From: a virus
DNA length: 64,000 bases
Strand: one strand, 5' to 3'
IMG/VR virus record: IMGVR_UViG_3300025122_000005
Location: 126,184-190,183 of that record
The notes below the pieces were generated by a model that worked only from the letters and a program-made list of their open reading frames with translations, did no database searches and was not told the DNA's origin. The position numbers were made by a program, and so were the translations under genes. Below are positions 47,400 to 58,100 of this stretch, piece after piece (position 1 is the first letter of the stretch; each line of letters begins with the position of its first letter).

Positions 47400-49160
47400 A
47401 TGTCTGTTTTACAAAAATTAACTGAAGGCATTATTCAACGCGATGTCTCTAGAGAGGGCGCAGCTATTCTCAACAAGTGGGAAAAGACTGGTCTTTTAGA
47501 GGGTCTCGGTAATGATGGTGCTAAAAATAATATGGCGGTTCTTCTTGAGAACCAAGCCAAGGAGCTTCTACGTGAGGCTTCTTCAATGGCAGCTGGCGAT
47601 GTCGAAGGCTTCGCAGCAGTTGCTTTTCCAATCGTTCGTCGAGTATTCGGTGGATTGATTGCTAATGATCTAGTCTCGGTACAGCCGATGAGCCTACCAA
47701 GTGGTCTCATCTTCTTCCTTGACTTTACGCATACTCACGAGAAGGCTGGTGTCTCCCCCGGTGAGTCGGTTTATGGCGGCAACGTCATCGGTCGTCAAAT
47801 CACTGGTGGTGTGAATCTTGCTCCGTCAGACCGCACCGGTCCTGGTGGGTTCTATGATCTCGGAACGGGATACACTTCGCCTACTGGGTCCGATACTTGG
47901 ACTGCTGGTGAACTGGGTGAAAATTCTAGCTTTGGACGAAATAGCGCAGTTACAATTTCCGCCTTATCGGAGAATCAAAAGAAAGCTATTCGTTTTGACC
48001 CGGATATCCTTGCAGCCACTTCGACCGAAAAGGTCGCTGTCGTGATGGTTTCTGCTTCTGCACTACCTGCTGATCTTAACAGAAACGCCCTTACGGCTCT
48101 TACCGTTGTTTCGGGCGCAGAAGGTGCTAGTGGTACTTTGGTGCGAAGACTGACTGCTCTGGACTCTTCTGGCAATCTTAAGCTGGTTTTCCACGGCGCA
48201 GCCGATGAGCAACTCCCGGAAGGTCTTGATAGCATTGCTATTACGTATCCACGTACAGATAAGTTTGAAGGCGGCGGCGCAGGCGCAGGCGCAGCTGACG
48301 CTCTTGGTTCGATTGTTGGCAACGACACATGGGGGCTTGAAGAGCCGGATGTCGCTACTGGCGAGGTCGGGTCAAGCACCAATAAGCAACGTATACCTGA
48401 GATCGACATCAAGGTTGATAGTATTGCCGTAACGGCAGTCACTAAGAAACTCAAGGCTAAGTGGTCACCGGAATTGGGACAAGATCTCAATGCCTATCAC
48501 AACCTTGATGCAGAAGTTGAGTTGACTGGTATTCTTTCGGAGCAGATTGCTCTAGAAATCGATCAGGAAATTCTCGGTGATCTTATCGTAGGTGCAAAAG
48601 CTGGTACTCGCTACTGGAGTCGTGCTCCTGGTTTGTTTGTTGACAGTAATGGTAATGAGCTTGGGGCAACATCTGCTGCTCCTGACTTCACTGGTACTGT
48701 CAGTGAATGGTATGAGACTCTCATCGAGACTATCAATGATGTTAGTGCTCAGATTCACCGCAAGACGCTTCGCGGTGGCGCAAACTTCGTTGTTTGCTCG
48801 CCAGAAGTGGCCAACATTCTTGAATTCACCAGTGGTTTCCGCGCAAGCGTAACTGCTGATCAAGACAAGGGTGATATCGGTGCTGTAAAGGTCGGCGCAC
48901 TTTCTAAGAAGTTTGAGGTCTTTGTTGATCCTTATTTCCCAAGAAACGTGATCCTAGTTGGACGTAAGGGTAGTTCATTCCTTGAGAGTGGCTATGTATA
49001 CGCCCCATATGTACCTCTACAGGTCACACCGACCATTTTCGGTACGGAAGATTTCGTGCCACGTAAGGGTGTTATGACCCGTTACGCGAAGAAAATGGTT
49101 CGACCAGATATGTATGGTCTTGTTATCGTTCGCGGTCTCTTAGGTGAGGCAGGATCTTAA
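47400..49160 (+). CDS. gp23: Major capsid protein (T4 gp23-like)
   Basis: AFPIVRRVFGGLIANDLVSVQPMSLPSGLIFFLDF, KLKAKWSPELGQDLNAYHNLDAEVEL, YAPYVPL and GVMTRYA motifs. Confidence 0.97.
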   Translation: MSVLQKLTEGIIQRDVSREGAAILNKWEKTGLLEGLGNDGAKNNMAVLLENQAKELLREASSMAAGDVEGFAAVAFPIVRRVFGGLIANDLVSVQPMSLPSGLIFFLDFTHTHEKAGVSPGESVYGGNVIGRQITGGVNLAPSDRTGPGGFYDLGTGYTSPTGSDTWTAGELGENSSFGRNSAVTISALSENQKKAIRFDPDILAATSTEKVAVVMVSASALPADLNRNALTALTVVSGAEGASGTLVRRLTALDSSGNLKLVFHGAADEQLPEGLDSIAITYPRTDKFEGGGAGAGAADALGSIVGNDTWGLEEPDVATGEVGSSTNKQRIPEIDIKVDSIAVTAVTKKLKAKWSPELGQDLNAYHNLDAEVELTGILSEQIALEIDQEILGDLIVGAKAGTRYWSRAPGLFVDSNGNELGATSAAPDFTGTVSEWYETLIETINDVSAQIHRKTLRGGANFVVCSPEVANILEFTSGFRASVTADQDKGDIGAVKVGALSKKFEVFVDPYFPRNVILVGRKGSSFLESGYVYAPYVPLQVTPTIFGTEDFVPRKGVMTRYAKKMVRPDMYGLVIVRGLLGEAGS

Positions 49161-49184
49161 TAGGTCCCGATAACTAAAAGAATC

Positions 49185-49212
49185 GCCCCCCATTGATTTG
49201 GGGGGCTTTTTC
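49185..49212 (+). terminator. Rho-independent terminator after major capsid gene
   Basis: GCCCCCC-attgattt-GGGGGGC stem-loop followed by TTTTT. Confidence 0.85.
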
Positions 49213-49282
49213 TAAACTGTTAAACTATTTACTACAAGTGATAAGGCGAAATGCTTTTATATATTAAAGGGAGATTTTAAAA

Positions 49283-49726
49283 ATGGCTAAAGTAGGAAGA
49301 GCAGCATATTCAGCAAGCAGAGCGAGATTAGAGGTTGTAACTGCTAGCAAGACGATTTCAAAAAATGAGAGTGGGGAACTTTACGCAATCGACGCAGGCG
49401 GCGCGGTAGCCATCACCCTGCCAACTGATCCGGAGAACGGGACTAGATACTCGTTTTGGATTATCGACGACGTTACAGGCGGCACGGTGACGATCACCGC
49501 CGCAGCAGCCGACGCCTTCCAGGGCGCGGTAACGTGGGACGACGACGATGCCGCAGGGGATACGGATCAGATAAAGGCTGACGGTGTTACCACTGATGAT
49601 GATGTGTTGACCCTCGCAGCGGACACAGAGCAAGGTTCCTGGGTAGATGTAGTCTACGACAAGGACAATACAAGGTGGCTCGTTCAGGGATTCATTTCTG
49701 CAGCGACCACACCAGCGTTCGCCTAA
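49283..49726 (+). CDS. Probable capsid decoration/head protein
   Basis: 147-aa beta-rich protein directly after the capsid gene (AVAITLP...G..Y.F...W). SD GGGAG. Confidence 0.55.
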   Translation: MAKVGRAAYSASRARLEVVTASKTISKNESGELYAIDAGGAVAITLPTDPENGTRYSFWIIDDVTGGTVTITAAAADAFQGAVTWDDDDAAGDTDQIKADGVTTDDDVLTLAADTEQGSWVDVVYDKDNTRWLVQGFISAATTPAFA

Positions 49727-49756
49727 TAAGCAATTAGCTCGCCTTATCATAGAAGC

Positions 49757-49786
49757 AACCCCAAGTCTTATGGCTTGGGGTTTTCT
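49757..49786 (+). terminator. Rho-independent terminator
   Basis: AACCCCAAGTC-ttat-GGCTTGGGGTT hairpin followed by a T-rich tract. Confidence 0.75.
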
Positions 49787-49832
49787 ATTGTGTGGACTAT
49801 TTATTATACAAGCCTAAACAAAGGAGTTTACA

Positions 49833-50225
49833 ATGGGCAAAACAAGAAAGAGATTAACAAAGACGAAATACGCTGCAAAGTATGCTACAAAACGAGCAGC
49901 ATTATTCGGAGCGAAGAGCGCACCGGAACCAACAGTAACGGTACCCGAAGAGCCGGTTGTTCAGAAAGAAGAGCCGGAACCTGAACCAACAATCGAACCT
50001 GAAGAAGCAGTATTCCAAATATCGGAACCTATACAGAAGGTAGAAGAACAATCTGTTGAATGTGTTTTACCAGAAGAAAAAGCACCAGAGCCCGTGGTTA
50101 ATGCTCTTAAGGAAACAACTAATAAAAATAGAAAACGCAGAAACAAATCTAACACAACTAATAAAACTACTGCTGAAACTAAGACAAAGACCACAAGAAG
50201 ACGGAGAACAAAGGCTTCTTCATAA
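49833..50225 (+). CDS. Low-complexity protein (basic termini, Glu/Pro-rich centre)
   Basis: SD AAAGGAG and an upstream CTATTTA motif. Confidence 0.65.
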   Translation: MGKTRKRLTKTKYAAKYATKRAALFGAKSAPEPTVTVPEEPVVQKEEPEPEPTIEPEEAVFQISEPIQKVEEQSVECVLPEEKAPEPVVNALKETTNKNRKRRNKSNTTNKTTAETKTKTTRRRRTKASS

Positions 50226-50285
50226 CATAGCGGATTTTCTTTGTTTGTCTAACTAATTAAAAGAGAAACTCCGGAGGATCCCTAA

Positions 50286-51584
50286 ATGCCAACGACACTA
50301 ACCCCAGCTAGCACAATGAGCAAGTCTGTACTACCATCTACTGGTTCTGTTAATGATGTCGATGCAGTGGTACCGTATAGGGTATATTCCAAGACCACAT
50401 CAGATTTCTATGATTTTAACTTCTTGTCTGGAGCAGCAGATCAGGTTACTTATGTATATAGAAAATTAGGTGGTGACGTACTAGATATTGAACTAACGAC
50501 AGCGAATGTATATGCTGCGTATGAAGAGGCAGTTTTAGAATATTCATACATACTAAATATTCATCAAGCGAATAACTCGCTTTCTTCATTTTTGGGTCAT
50601 TCAACGGGAGCATTCGACCATCTAGGCAACCTTAAATCAACAGGAGACACCAGTCTGTCATCTTCGTTAGGCGGCACTCAAGTAGCATTAAAATACCCGC
50701 GTTTTGACTTTGGATATGCTAGAAGGGCTTCTGAAGCCGCAGGCGCAGAAGCAGGCGTTGGACGTGGTCAAGCAGAATATTCAGCGTCTTTCGATGTTAC
50801 AATTGGTCAGCAAGATTATGATTTACAGACGATAATCTCATCATCAGCTATCGCTTCCGGCAGTCTTCCATATTTCAATAAAGTTGGGAACAAGAAGCTT
50901 CTTGTGAAGAAGGTTTTTTATAAAACACCTGCAGCAATGTGGAGATTCTTTGGATATTACGGAGGGTTAAACGTTGTAGGAAACCTCCACAGTTATGGAC
51001 AATTTTCAGATACTTCAACATTTGAGTTAATTCCCGCTTGGCACAACAAAGCTCAGGCGATGGCGTTTGAAGACTCCATTTATACAAGGATGTCCCACTT
51101 CTCGTATGAATTAAAGGATAATAAGTTGAGAATTTTTCCAATACCATACCACCGTGGACCTTCTAAAATGTGGGTCCAGTTTTCAATTCCTTCGGATCCG
51201 TTTTCTGAGGAAGCTTCAGGAACTGACACTGGGATAGATGGTATTAACAACATGAATACTCTACCGTTTGCAAACTTGCCATATAAGAGCATAAACAGCA
51301 TAGGTAAGCAGTGGATTAGGAGGTTCGCTCTATCTTTGTGCAAAGAGATACTTGGCCAGATTAGGAGTAAGTTTCAAACCATTCCTATTCCAGGCGAGTC
51401 GGTTACGTTAAACGGTTCAGATTTGTTAACTCAGGCGAGAGAAGAACAAGATAAGTTAAGGGAGGAGTTAAAGACGACACTGGCTGAAATGACATATTCT
51501 AAGTTAGCTCAAATTGATTCAGAAACAATGGACGCCAGCATCAATATACAAAAGAAGATACCGTTGTCGGTATTTGTGGGGTAA
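50286..51584 (+). CDS. gp13: Neck protein (T4 gp13-like)
   Basis: YRKLGGDVLDIELT...YEEAVLEY and WIRRFALSLCKEILGQIRSKF...IPG..VTLNG motifs. Position after the capsid gene. Confidence 0.85.
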   Translation: MPTTLTPASTMSKSVLPSTGSVNDVDAVVPYRVYSKTTSDFYDFNFLSGAADQVTYVYRKLGGDVLDIELTTANVYAAYEEAVLEYSYILNIHQANNSLSSFLGHSTGAFDHLGNLKSTGDTSLSSSLGGTQVALKYPRFDFGYARRASEAAGAEAGVGRGQAEYSASFDVTIGQQDYDLQTIISSSAIASGSLPYFNKVGNKKLLVKKVFYKTPAAMWRFFGYYGGLNVVGNLHSYGQFSDTSTFELIPAWHNKAQAMAFEDSIYTRMSHFSYELKDNKLRIFPIPYHRGPSKMWVQFSIPSDPFSEEASGTDTGIDGINNMNTLPFANLPYKSINSIGKQWIRRFALSLCKEILGQIRSKFQTIPIPGESVTLNGSDLLTQAREEQDKLREELKTTLAEMTYSKLAQIDSETMDASINIQKKIPLSVFVG

Positions 51585-51590
51585 TAATTC

Positions 51591-52079
51591 ATGGCAGACA
51601 ATAAATGGAAGCAGCCCCAGGATGCTCCTCCACCACTCTTTCTGGGAAAAAAAGAAAGAGACCTGGTAAAACAAATAAATGATGAATTGGTCGAAAAGGT
51701 CATTGGCCAGCAAATCTTGTATTATCCAATTAGCATCGAGGACACCGACTTTCATCCCGTTTATGGTGAGGCAATTCATAAAAACTTTTTAAACCCAATA
51801 AGGGTATATGCTCTTGTCGAGTGGCAGGGATATGAAACAGAAACTACAAATTTGGGAGTGGACCGGTTATCAAAAATAACTGTTCATTTTCACAAAAGAA
51901 GATTAACAGAAGATCAGAATTTGTTCGTCCGAGAGGGTGATTTTGTTTTGTACGGTGAAGAATACTACGAAATAGTGACCCTTAACGAACCAAAACAGAT
52001 ATTCGGTCAAGTTGGACACAAAATGGAAGTAACCGCCGAATGTGTCAAGGCAAGAGAGGGACTCTTCAATGCCGGATAA
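51591..52079 (+). CDS. gp14: Neck/head-closure protein (T4 gp14-like)
   Basis: INDELVEKVIGQQILYYPI...YGEA...REGDFVLY pattern, follows gp13. Confidence 0.75.
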   Translation: MADNKWKQPQDAPPPLFLGKKERDLVKQINDELVEKVIGQQILYYPISIEDTDFHPVYGEAIHKNFLNPIRVYALVEWQGYETETTNLGVDRLSKITVHFHKRRLTEDQNLFVREGDFVLYGEEYYEIVTLNEPKQIFGQVGHKMEVTAECVKAREGLFNAG

Positions 52080-52941
52080 TGATGACCATATTAAAAAATT
52101 AAAAGAAATTCCATTCCCTCCGTCTAGAATAGAGAATATTGATACTGCGATGCTTTCGTATTTAGAGGGGCTTAATTTACACACAACCACAAATAATGGA
52201 TGGACCCCTCTTCCTGTTATCTGGACATCTGCTGAAAGAGTTTTTCAAAGCAAGAGAGACTCTAGAGTTAGGGACAAAGACGGGTCTTTGGTTCTTCCGC
52301 TAATGACCGTCGAGAGAACAAGTCTTGTGAAAGATCCTTCTAAAAAGGGAACGATTCAGGCAGCTTTGGTACCAGAATCTGATGAGAAGGGTGGTGTCAT
52401 ATTAGTAGCAAGAAGGATTAAGCAGGATAAAACGTCTAATTTCGCAAATGCTGACGCACAAAGAAAAAGGGGGCAACCAAACTTTCCAACTGCTAACAAA
52501 AAGGTGGTATATGAATCCATAACAATACCACTTCCGGTATATATAACTGTTAATTATGAGATAACGATCAGAACAGAGTACCAACAACAAATGAACGAGA
52601 TAATGGTGCCGTTTATAACCTCTCCAGGGGGCATAAACTATATTATAATAAGCGATGAGCATCATAGATATGAGGGTTTCATCCAGCAGGACTTCTCTCA
52701 TAGCAATAACTTGAGTTCTTTTTCAAATGAAGAGAGGAAGTTCGAAACCAAGATGAATATTGAAGTTTTAGGTCATTTGATAGGTGGGGGGAAGGACGAA
52801 TTAGGCCCAAACATAACAATTAGGGAAAATCCTGTAGATTTTAAAATACCCAGAGAAAGAGTCATGACTCAAGATGAAGTGGAGAGGGAAATAGGCGAAT
52901 TTATTGGTCGTCAGAACCTTCCGGGGTGGTCCGATGCATAA
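52069..52941 (+). CDS. gp15: Tail terminator/completion protein (gp15-like), copy 1
   Basis: IENIDTAML...PVIWTSAER...LVLPLMTVERT...PVYITVNYEITIRTEYQQQMNEI. ATG at 52069. Confidence 0.7.
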   Translation: MPDNDDHIKKLKEIPFPPSRIENIDTAMLSYLEGLNLHTTTNNGWTPLPVIWTSAERVFQSKRDSRVRDKDGSLVLPLMTVERTSLVKDPSKKGTIQAALVPESDEKGGVILVARRIKQDKTSNFANADAQRKRGQPNFPTANKKVVYESITIPLPVYITVNYEITIRTEYQQQMNEIMVPFITSPGGINYIIISDEHHRYEGFIQQDFSHSNNLSSFSNEERKFETKMNIEVLGHLIGGGKDELGPNITIRENPVDFKIPRERVMTQDEVEREIGEFIGRQNLPGWSDA

Positions 52942-54175
52942 AATAAATGATTTTATGCTTGGCGGTGTTCCTTCGGATCAAGAATTTCCAATTCGCTTCG
53001 GAGCTTCAGATATTGAAAATGTCGACGCGGCAATGTTGGATTATGTTAAAGATTTAAATTTACATACAATGACTCCGAACGGATTCGAGCCCGTAAGGCT
53101 TACTTGGGTGTCACCAGAAAGAAGTTTAGCGGCGAAAAGAGATGTATATTTCAGGGATGCCACTGGTGCTTTAATACTTCCGATCATTGCAGTGGAAAGA
53201 ACCAATATAGCGAAGGATTTAAGCAAGAAAGGTGCAGTTTGGGGCAACGTTGTTCCTCATGATGATGAGAAGGGCGGGTCTATAAAGATCGCAAGAAGAA
53301 TCAAACAAGATAAATCGTCTAATTTCGCGAATGCTGACGCCCAGCGAAAGAGGGGACAAGTCAACTTTCCAGGAATGCGCAATAACAAAATAGTATATGA
53401 AACTATAAGCATTCCGATGCCTGTTTATGTAGAGATGTCCTATAAGATCACTTTGCGTACAGAATATCAACAGCAAATGAATCAATTAATAACTCCTTTT
53501 TTAACAAAGCCTGGTGGAGTTAATTATATTTTGATTTCTAGGCATGGACACAGATATGAGGGATTTATACAGCAAGATTTTTCACAAAATAATAATTTCG
53601 CTTCTTTTACATCTAAAGAAAGACAGCTGGAAACGACAATAGAAATAAAAGTCCTGGCCTATTTGATAGGGGAGGGTAAAAATCAGTCTCAACCGATATA
53701 TTCGATAAGAGAGAATGCAGTTGATATCAAAATACCAAGAGAAAGAATAGTTTTTGGCGATTCTCCCGAAACAGAGATAGGAAGGTTTTATGGTCTCGCA
53801 GGAATTACAAAACTTACCCCCATTGGAGAACCTGATCAGGTAATCACTCCATTTGTTTTTGATAGAGGGGCAGAGAGCACAGGCGGAGGAGGGACTACGA
53901 CGACTACAACAACTACAACTGCAGGAACAATCACAACAACGAGATATGCGCCGAATCAGAGCTTTCAGGAAACCCCAAACGGCTCTAGAACAACATTTAC
54001 CGTTTCAGAGGAATTTGTTATCGGCAGTCAAATGGTGTTTAGAGATGGTATTTTAATGTTATTGGGCGACGGTAACGATTACACAGTTACAAATGATACT
54101 ACAATCGAATTTAATTCTGATGACCCCCCGGGGACCAATGAAAATCTTGTAATAAGTTATGTTAAAGCTGCGTAG
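52934..54175 (+). CDS. gp15: Tail terminator/completion protein (gp15-like), copy 2, with Thr linker and C-terminal beta domain
   Basis: Near-colinear paralog of the previous gene. ATG at 52934 overlaps the upstream TAA. Confidence 0.7.
   Translation: MHKINDFMLGGVPSDQEFPIRFGASDIENVDAAMLDYVKDLNLHTMTPNGFEPVRLTWVSPERSLAAKRDVYFRDATGALILPIIAVERTNIAKDLSKKGAVWGNVVPHDDEKGGSIKIARRIKQDKSSNFANADAQRKRGQVNFPGMRNNKIVYETISIPMPVYVEMSYKITLRTEYQQQMNQLITPFLTKPGGVNYILISRHGHRYEGFIQQDFSQNNNFASFTSKERQLETTIEIKVLAYLIGEGKNQSQPIYSIRENAVDIKIPRERIVFGDSPETEIGRFYGLAGITKLTPIGEPDQVITPFVFDRGAESTGGGGTTTTTTTTTAGTITTTRYAPNQSFQETPNGSRTTFTVSEEFVIGSQMVFRDGILMLLGDGNDYTVTNDTTIEFNSDDPPGTNENLVISYVKAA
53894..53940 (+). repeat. ACN trinucleotide run encoding a poly-Thr linker
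   Basis: act acg acg act aca aca act aca act ... aca atc aca aca, translating as TTTTTTTTTAGTITTT. Confidence 0.7.
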
Positions 54176-54232
54176 GGGCTCTATTTATTATGTGGAAAAA
54201 ACCATAATACTACATTAAAAGGAGAGAGAATA

Positions 54233-54745
54233 ATGGCTGCGCTAGATAAATTGATTGACTTACTTGAACAAATTAAACAAACAGATCCAAGCTTTAGCGA
54301 AAAGGCGTCAAGAGCTTTAGACGTTCTTATAGAAGAAGATCCTGCGGAAACAAGCACTGTTTTTAAGGGAGGAACAATTAAAGATGGCAAGTTAGTTACG
54401 AAATTGGAGAAAAAAGAACCCGCACCGGAGCCCGCACCGGAACCCGTGCCGGAAGTAATAGAATACCCTTCTGAAGTAGAGATATCAGATGAAAATCTTC
54501 AAGAAATAAGGTCTAGGCAGCATATAATATCTATGGAGATAGCAAGGTTGGGCTTATTACAACAAAACTATGAATCCGACAAAGAGCTTCTTTTGGAGTT
54601 AATCGAAGAAAACCAAAAATCTTTACAAACCTTTTTGCAAAGCTTGCAAGAATCTTACAATCTAGACGTGAAAGCGACATATGTTTTAAATCTTCCTCCT
54701 GACGGAAAACAAAAGGCATCTTTCATTAAGAGGGAATCTAATTAG
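54233..54745 (+). CDS. Hypothetical coiled-coil protein
   Basis: SD AAGGAG, 170 aa, contains EPAP repeats. Confidence 0.65.
   Translation: MAALDKLIDLLEQIKQTDPSFSEKASRALDVLIEEDPAETSTVFKGGTIKDGKLVTKLEKKEPAPEPAPEPVPEVIEYPSEVEISDENLQEIRSRQHIISMEIARLGLLQQNYESDKELLLELIEENQKSLQTFLQSLQESYNLDVKATYVLNLPPDGKQKASFIKRESN
54416..54454 (+). repeat. 12-bp tandem repeat x3 (EPAP EPAP EPVP)
   Basis: GAACCCGCACCG GAGCCCGCACCG GAACCCGTGCCG GAA. Confidence 0.8.
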
Positions 54746-54748
54746 TTC

Positions 54749-54985
54749 ATGGAAACAAAAGAGGAAAAAGACGCAACGTACACGACTTCTGACATTGGAA
54801 TCGCAGCGTATTTACAAATGTTTAATATTAAGCTGCTACAGTGTCATCGCCTTGAGGGCGGAAGGTTCTATTTTGAATTTGAAAACCTAAAAGAATGCAA
54901 GGAGAGATCAATAGAATTTCTAAGTTCAGATTTTTGTAAGTTTGATAATAATGTCCGAAATTTAAAGAAAATACTCTTTTCGTAA
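54749..54985 (+). CDS. Small protein, DUF5659-like
   Basis: YTTSDIGIAAYLQ...L.......GRFYFEF pattern. Confidence 0.55.
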   Translation: METKEEKDATYTTSDIGIAAYLQMFNIKLLQCHRLEGGRFYFEFENLKECKERSIEFLSSDFCKFDNNVRNLKKILFS

Positions 54986-55135
54986 ATTCATAACATATTT
55001 ATTTAAGTCCAGTTAATTTATTCCATCTCACCTAAAATTTAAATGAATTAAATATTCACTCCAATCCCAGTTACAATTTTATAAATCATTAATTAAAAGT
55101 TCAGCCATAAATCAAAAAAATAGGAGGATTTAAAA

Positions 55136-58100
55136 ATGGCAAGAACAAGAATAGGCACTAAAATTATTAAAATAGGTGGTGTCACAATGGACAATCTGAG
55201 TAGCGGATCTGTTAAAGGTCATATCGCTGCCGGTGGATTTGATCTAACCGCAAGTAACGCTATGAAGCTGTATTTCGCGGAACCTGGAGCATATACTGCT
55301 TCAACATCAACGCCGAGAATACATTCAACCAAGTCACGTTTCTTATATATTTCAGCAGGTGGCAAAGGTCTTAACGAAGACGGCGCAGTCATCATTGGTG
55401 CGTCTGGATCGAACGGAGCTAATAAGTCGCGCCTCATGGTAAATGACTCCAAAGTTATGCTTGATGGCAACACTCAAATTGATTTTATGCAAGGCGGATC
55501 CCAGATCGCGGCATTTTCTACTGGCGGCGATAGCGGCGGCGGATTAACAATCGACGCCGGTCCAAGCACAGGTGGCGGAACCAATTTGTTACTTAGAGCA
55601 TATAACGCAACCAGCGGAATGCAGGCTATTGAAATTGGTCATACCATCTTTACTGACGGTACAGGTCGCTTCGGTCTTAAGGTGCCCCAATCCGGCGCAT
55701 TGATGTTCCGCGACACCGGTTCTTATATCTATTCAGACGCTGCAAGCAAGTTAAAGATTAAGACAGTTAGCGATCTTGAGATAGAAAGTGGAAGGGATAT
55801 CATTCTCGATTCGACGAGAGCAACTTATTTTATGGACTCGTCAGCGCAGACCGCAATGATAGGTTATTTTACTGCTACTGGCCAACCTCAACGTGTTATC
55901 GGTGATGGTCGACTAGAGATCAGTGATGCAGGTGCTCTGGGAGGCGACTACTACAATATCAGGTTCCTGGGAACTTCCGGTACTTCAACGATGTCAGTTT
56001 ATTCTGGTTCGACAGATATTTTGAGTTTTGATGGTAGTCACATGAAGCAGAAAGTCTCCGGTGGTAAACTCTACTTTGATGGTGGTACCACATATTATGC
56101 AGGTTCAACAGCCAAGTTCCAATATTTGACAGCTTCTGCTGCTTATATTAATAGCCTTGAAGTTGACGAGATCGTTTCTCGCACAATCACAAAGGACTCT
56201 TTGGAAATCAAGGATAACTTGATTATTGCAGGTGTTTCGGGATCCACTCCAGGCGACTATGTCGGAGCTGGTTTTCAGCTTGGCGGTAAAGTCGGCGTTG
56301 CTGGTACTGGTTCCGCACCTTTGATGTCATTGACTCTTGGTTCCAGGACTCTTACTGGTGACTCGTTGATGGTTAACGTCGACGGACAGGAAGGTGCTAG
56401 CTTCAAGTCTGGCTCCGTCACTCAGGCAGCTCTTGGAAAGGCTGGTATGCGTTTTGGTGTTACTGGTTCGGTTTCTGGTTCTCTCGTTCAGGCGAAGAGA
56501 GCAGAGCTAGGACACATAGCGGTGGGTAATGTAACTTCGACATCCACAGTGCAAGGCGTGTCCATAACCGGCACGACACTAGTTTCTGGTGCTGCAGGTA
56601 CGTTCCACACGACTACAACTGACAAGGTTGTTGCGAAACAAATCAATGCAACTTCTTTTACTTCATCAGCCAATGTTGTGTTTGGGGGAGCCACAAGTAC
56701 TGTTCAGGTCGATGGTAGCTTAATCTCAAATCTTAGTCCACTCCAGAGCAATAAGAACGATCTTGGTGCCTCTGGCGCGAAGTGGAAGGACCTTTATATT
56801 GACGGTACAGGATATTTTGACGCTGTTGACATCAACGGCGGCGCAATTGACGGAGCTACAATTGGTGCGAACTCGGCAGCTGCTGGTACCTTTACTGCCG
56901 TTGCTGGTACAACTGGCACCTATAGTGGCATCCTTAAAACAGATGATACCACAGCAGCAACCTCTACAACTGACGGTTCTTTACAGACCGACGGTGGTTT
57001 GAGTGTAGCTGGGGATGCAGTTATCGGCGACGATATCATGTTATTGTCGGACGCAGCTGTAATCCACTTTGGTTCAGATAAGGATATCACGTTGACTCAT
57101 GATGCTGATAATGGTCTTAGGCTGTCGACTTTGGCAGCTAACAACGGTGCTGGTGGTCTTGTTACAGGAAGTAACATACCAAGCTTTGTGTTGCACAATG
57201 CTAGTAATTCGCCTGCTGATGATGACTACTTGGGTGGTCTTTACTTCTCAGGTATGGACGATGCTTCCAATCAAAAGGAGTATGGTTCAATCGTTGCTAG
57301 AGCTAAAGACGTTACCAAGGATACGACTGATGGTGCTGTTCTTTTTAGGGCAGCGATCAATGATACTGAGACTACGGTAATTGACTTTTTTGACACTGCG
57401 GCGTCAACGATTACTGTCTTGGACGGTGCGTATGACTTCAATATTGCGTCTCATGATGCTACTAACGGTCTTAAACTTGGTGGTACGCTCGTGTCTGCAA
57501 CTGCAGCCGAGCTTAACTTAACTGACGGTGCTGTTGCTGCAACCGTTGTCGGCAGCAAGGCAGTTATTTACAGTACAACTGGTGGACTTACGGGTTCGGC
57601 AGCAACTATCGGAGGAACCGTTTCAGGGTCAGCAGTTACTGCCCACGAAGTGACCACCAACAAGTTGCATGGTACAGGTATTGTAACTCAGGACAATATG
57701 CAAACTGGCTCGGTTTTGACTGCCGCTATCCTTGATTCAGCAGTCACGACAGCAAAGCTTGGAGCACTGTCAGTAACTAAGGCAAAGTTGAATTCAGACG
57801 TTGTTATTAATAAGACCGATGCAAACGGTGGTATCACATATACCTCTGGTCGACTTAGTGTCGGTTGGAGAAAACATACGTTTGTCCGAGCCGATGGCTC
57901 GAACATATCGGGGTCTGTGCCAATGAAGGGGCTTCATGCTACTAACGCAGTACCAACTCCGTACATAACCGCATCCTTGGGTGCGCAACCGATGTCAGGT
58001 AGTATAATGGTCTATCTGAACGGTCTGTTGTTACACGGTGATCATATTGGTAACGCACTATCGGCTTCAGCCCAACACCGAAGTCCGACCGATTACCACT

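Noticed and set aside
47800-48400. Long variable segment in the major capsid protein, including GGGAGAGAA
   Set aside because: It corresponds to the insertion-domain region that varies in gp23 proteins. No intein (C/S...HN) or intron signature.
54986-55135. AT-rich 150-nt intergenic region as a possible origin, ncRNA or repeat array
   Set aside because: No iterons, stable hairpin or spacer-repeat structure is visible. It is best explained as the leader of the fibre gene.
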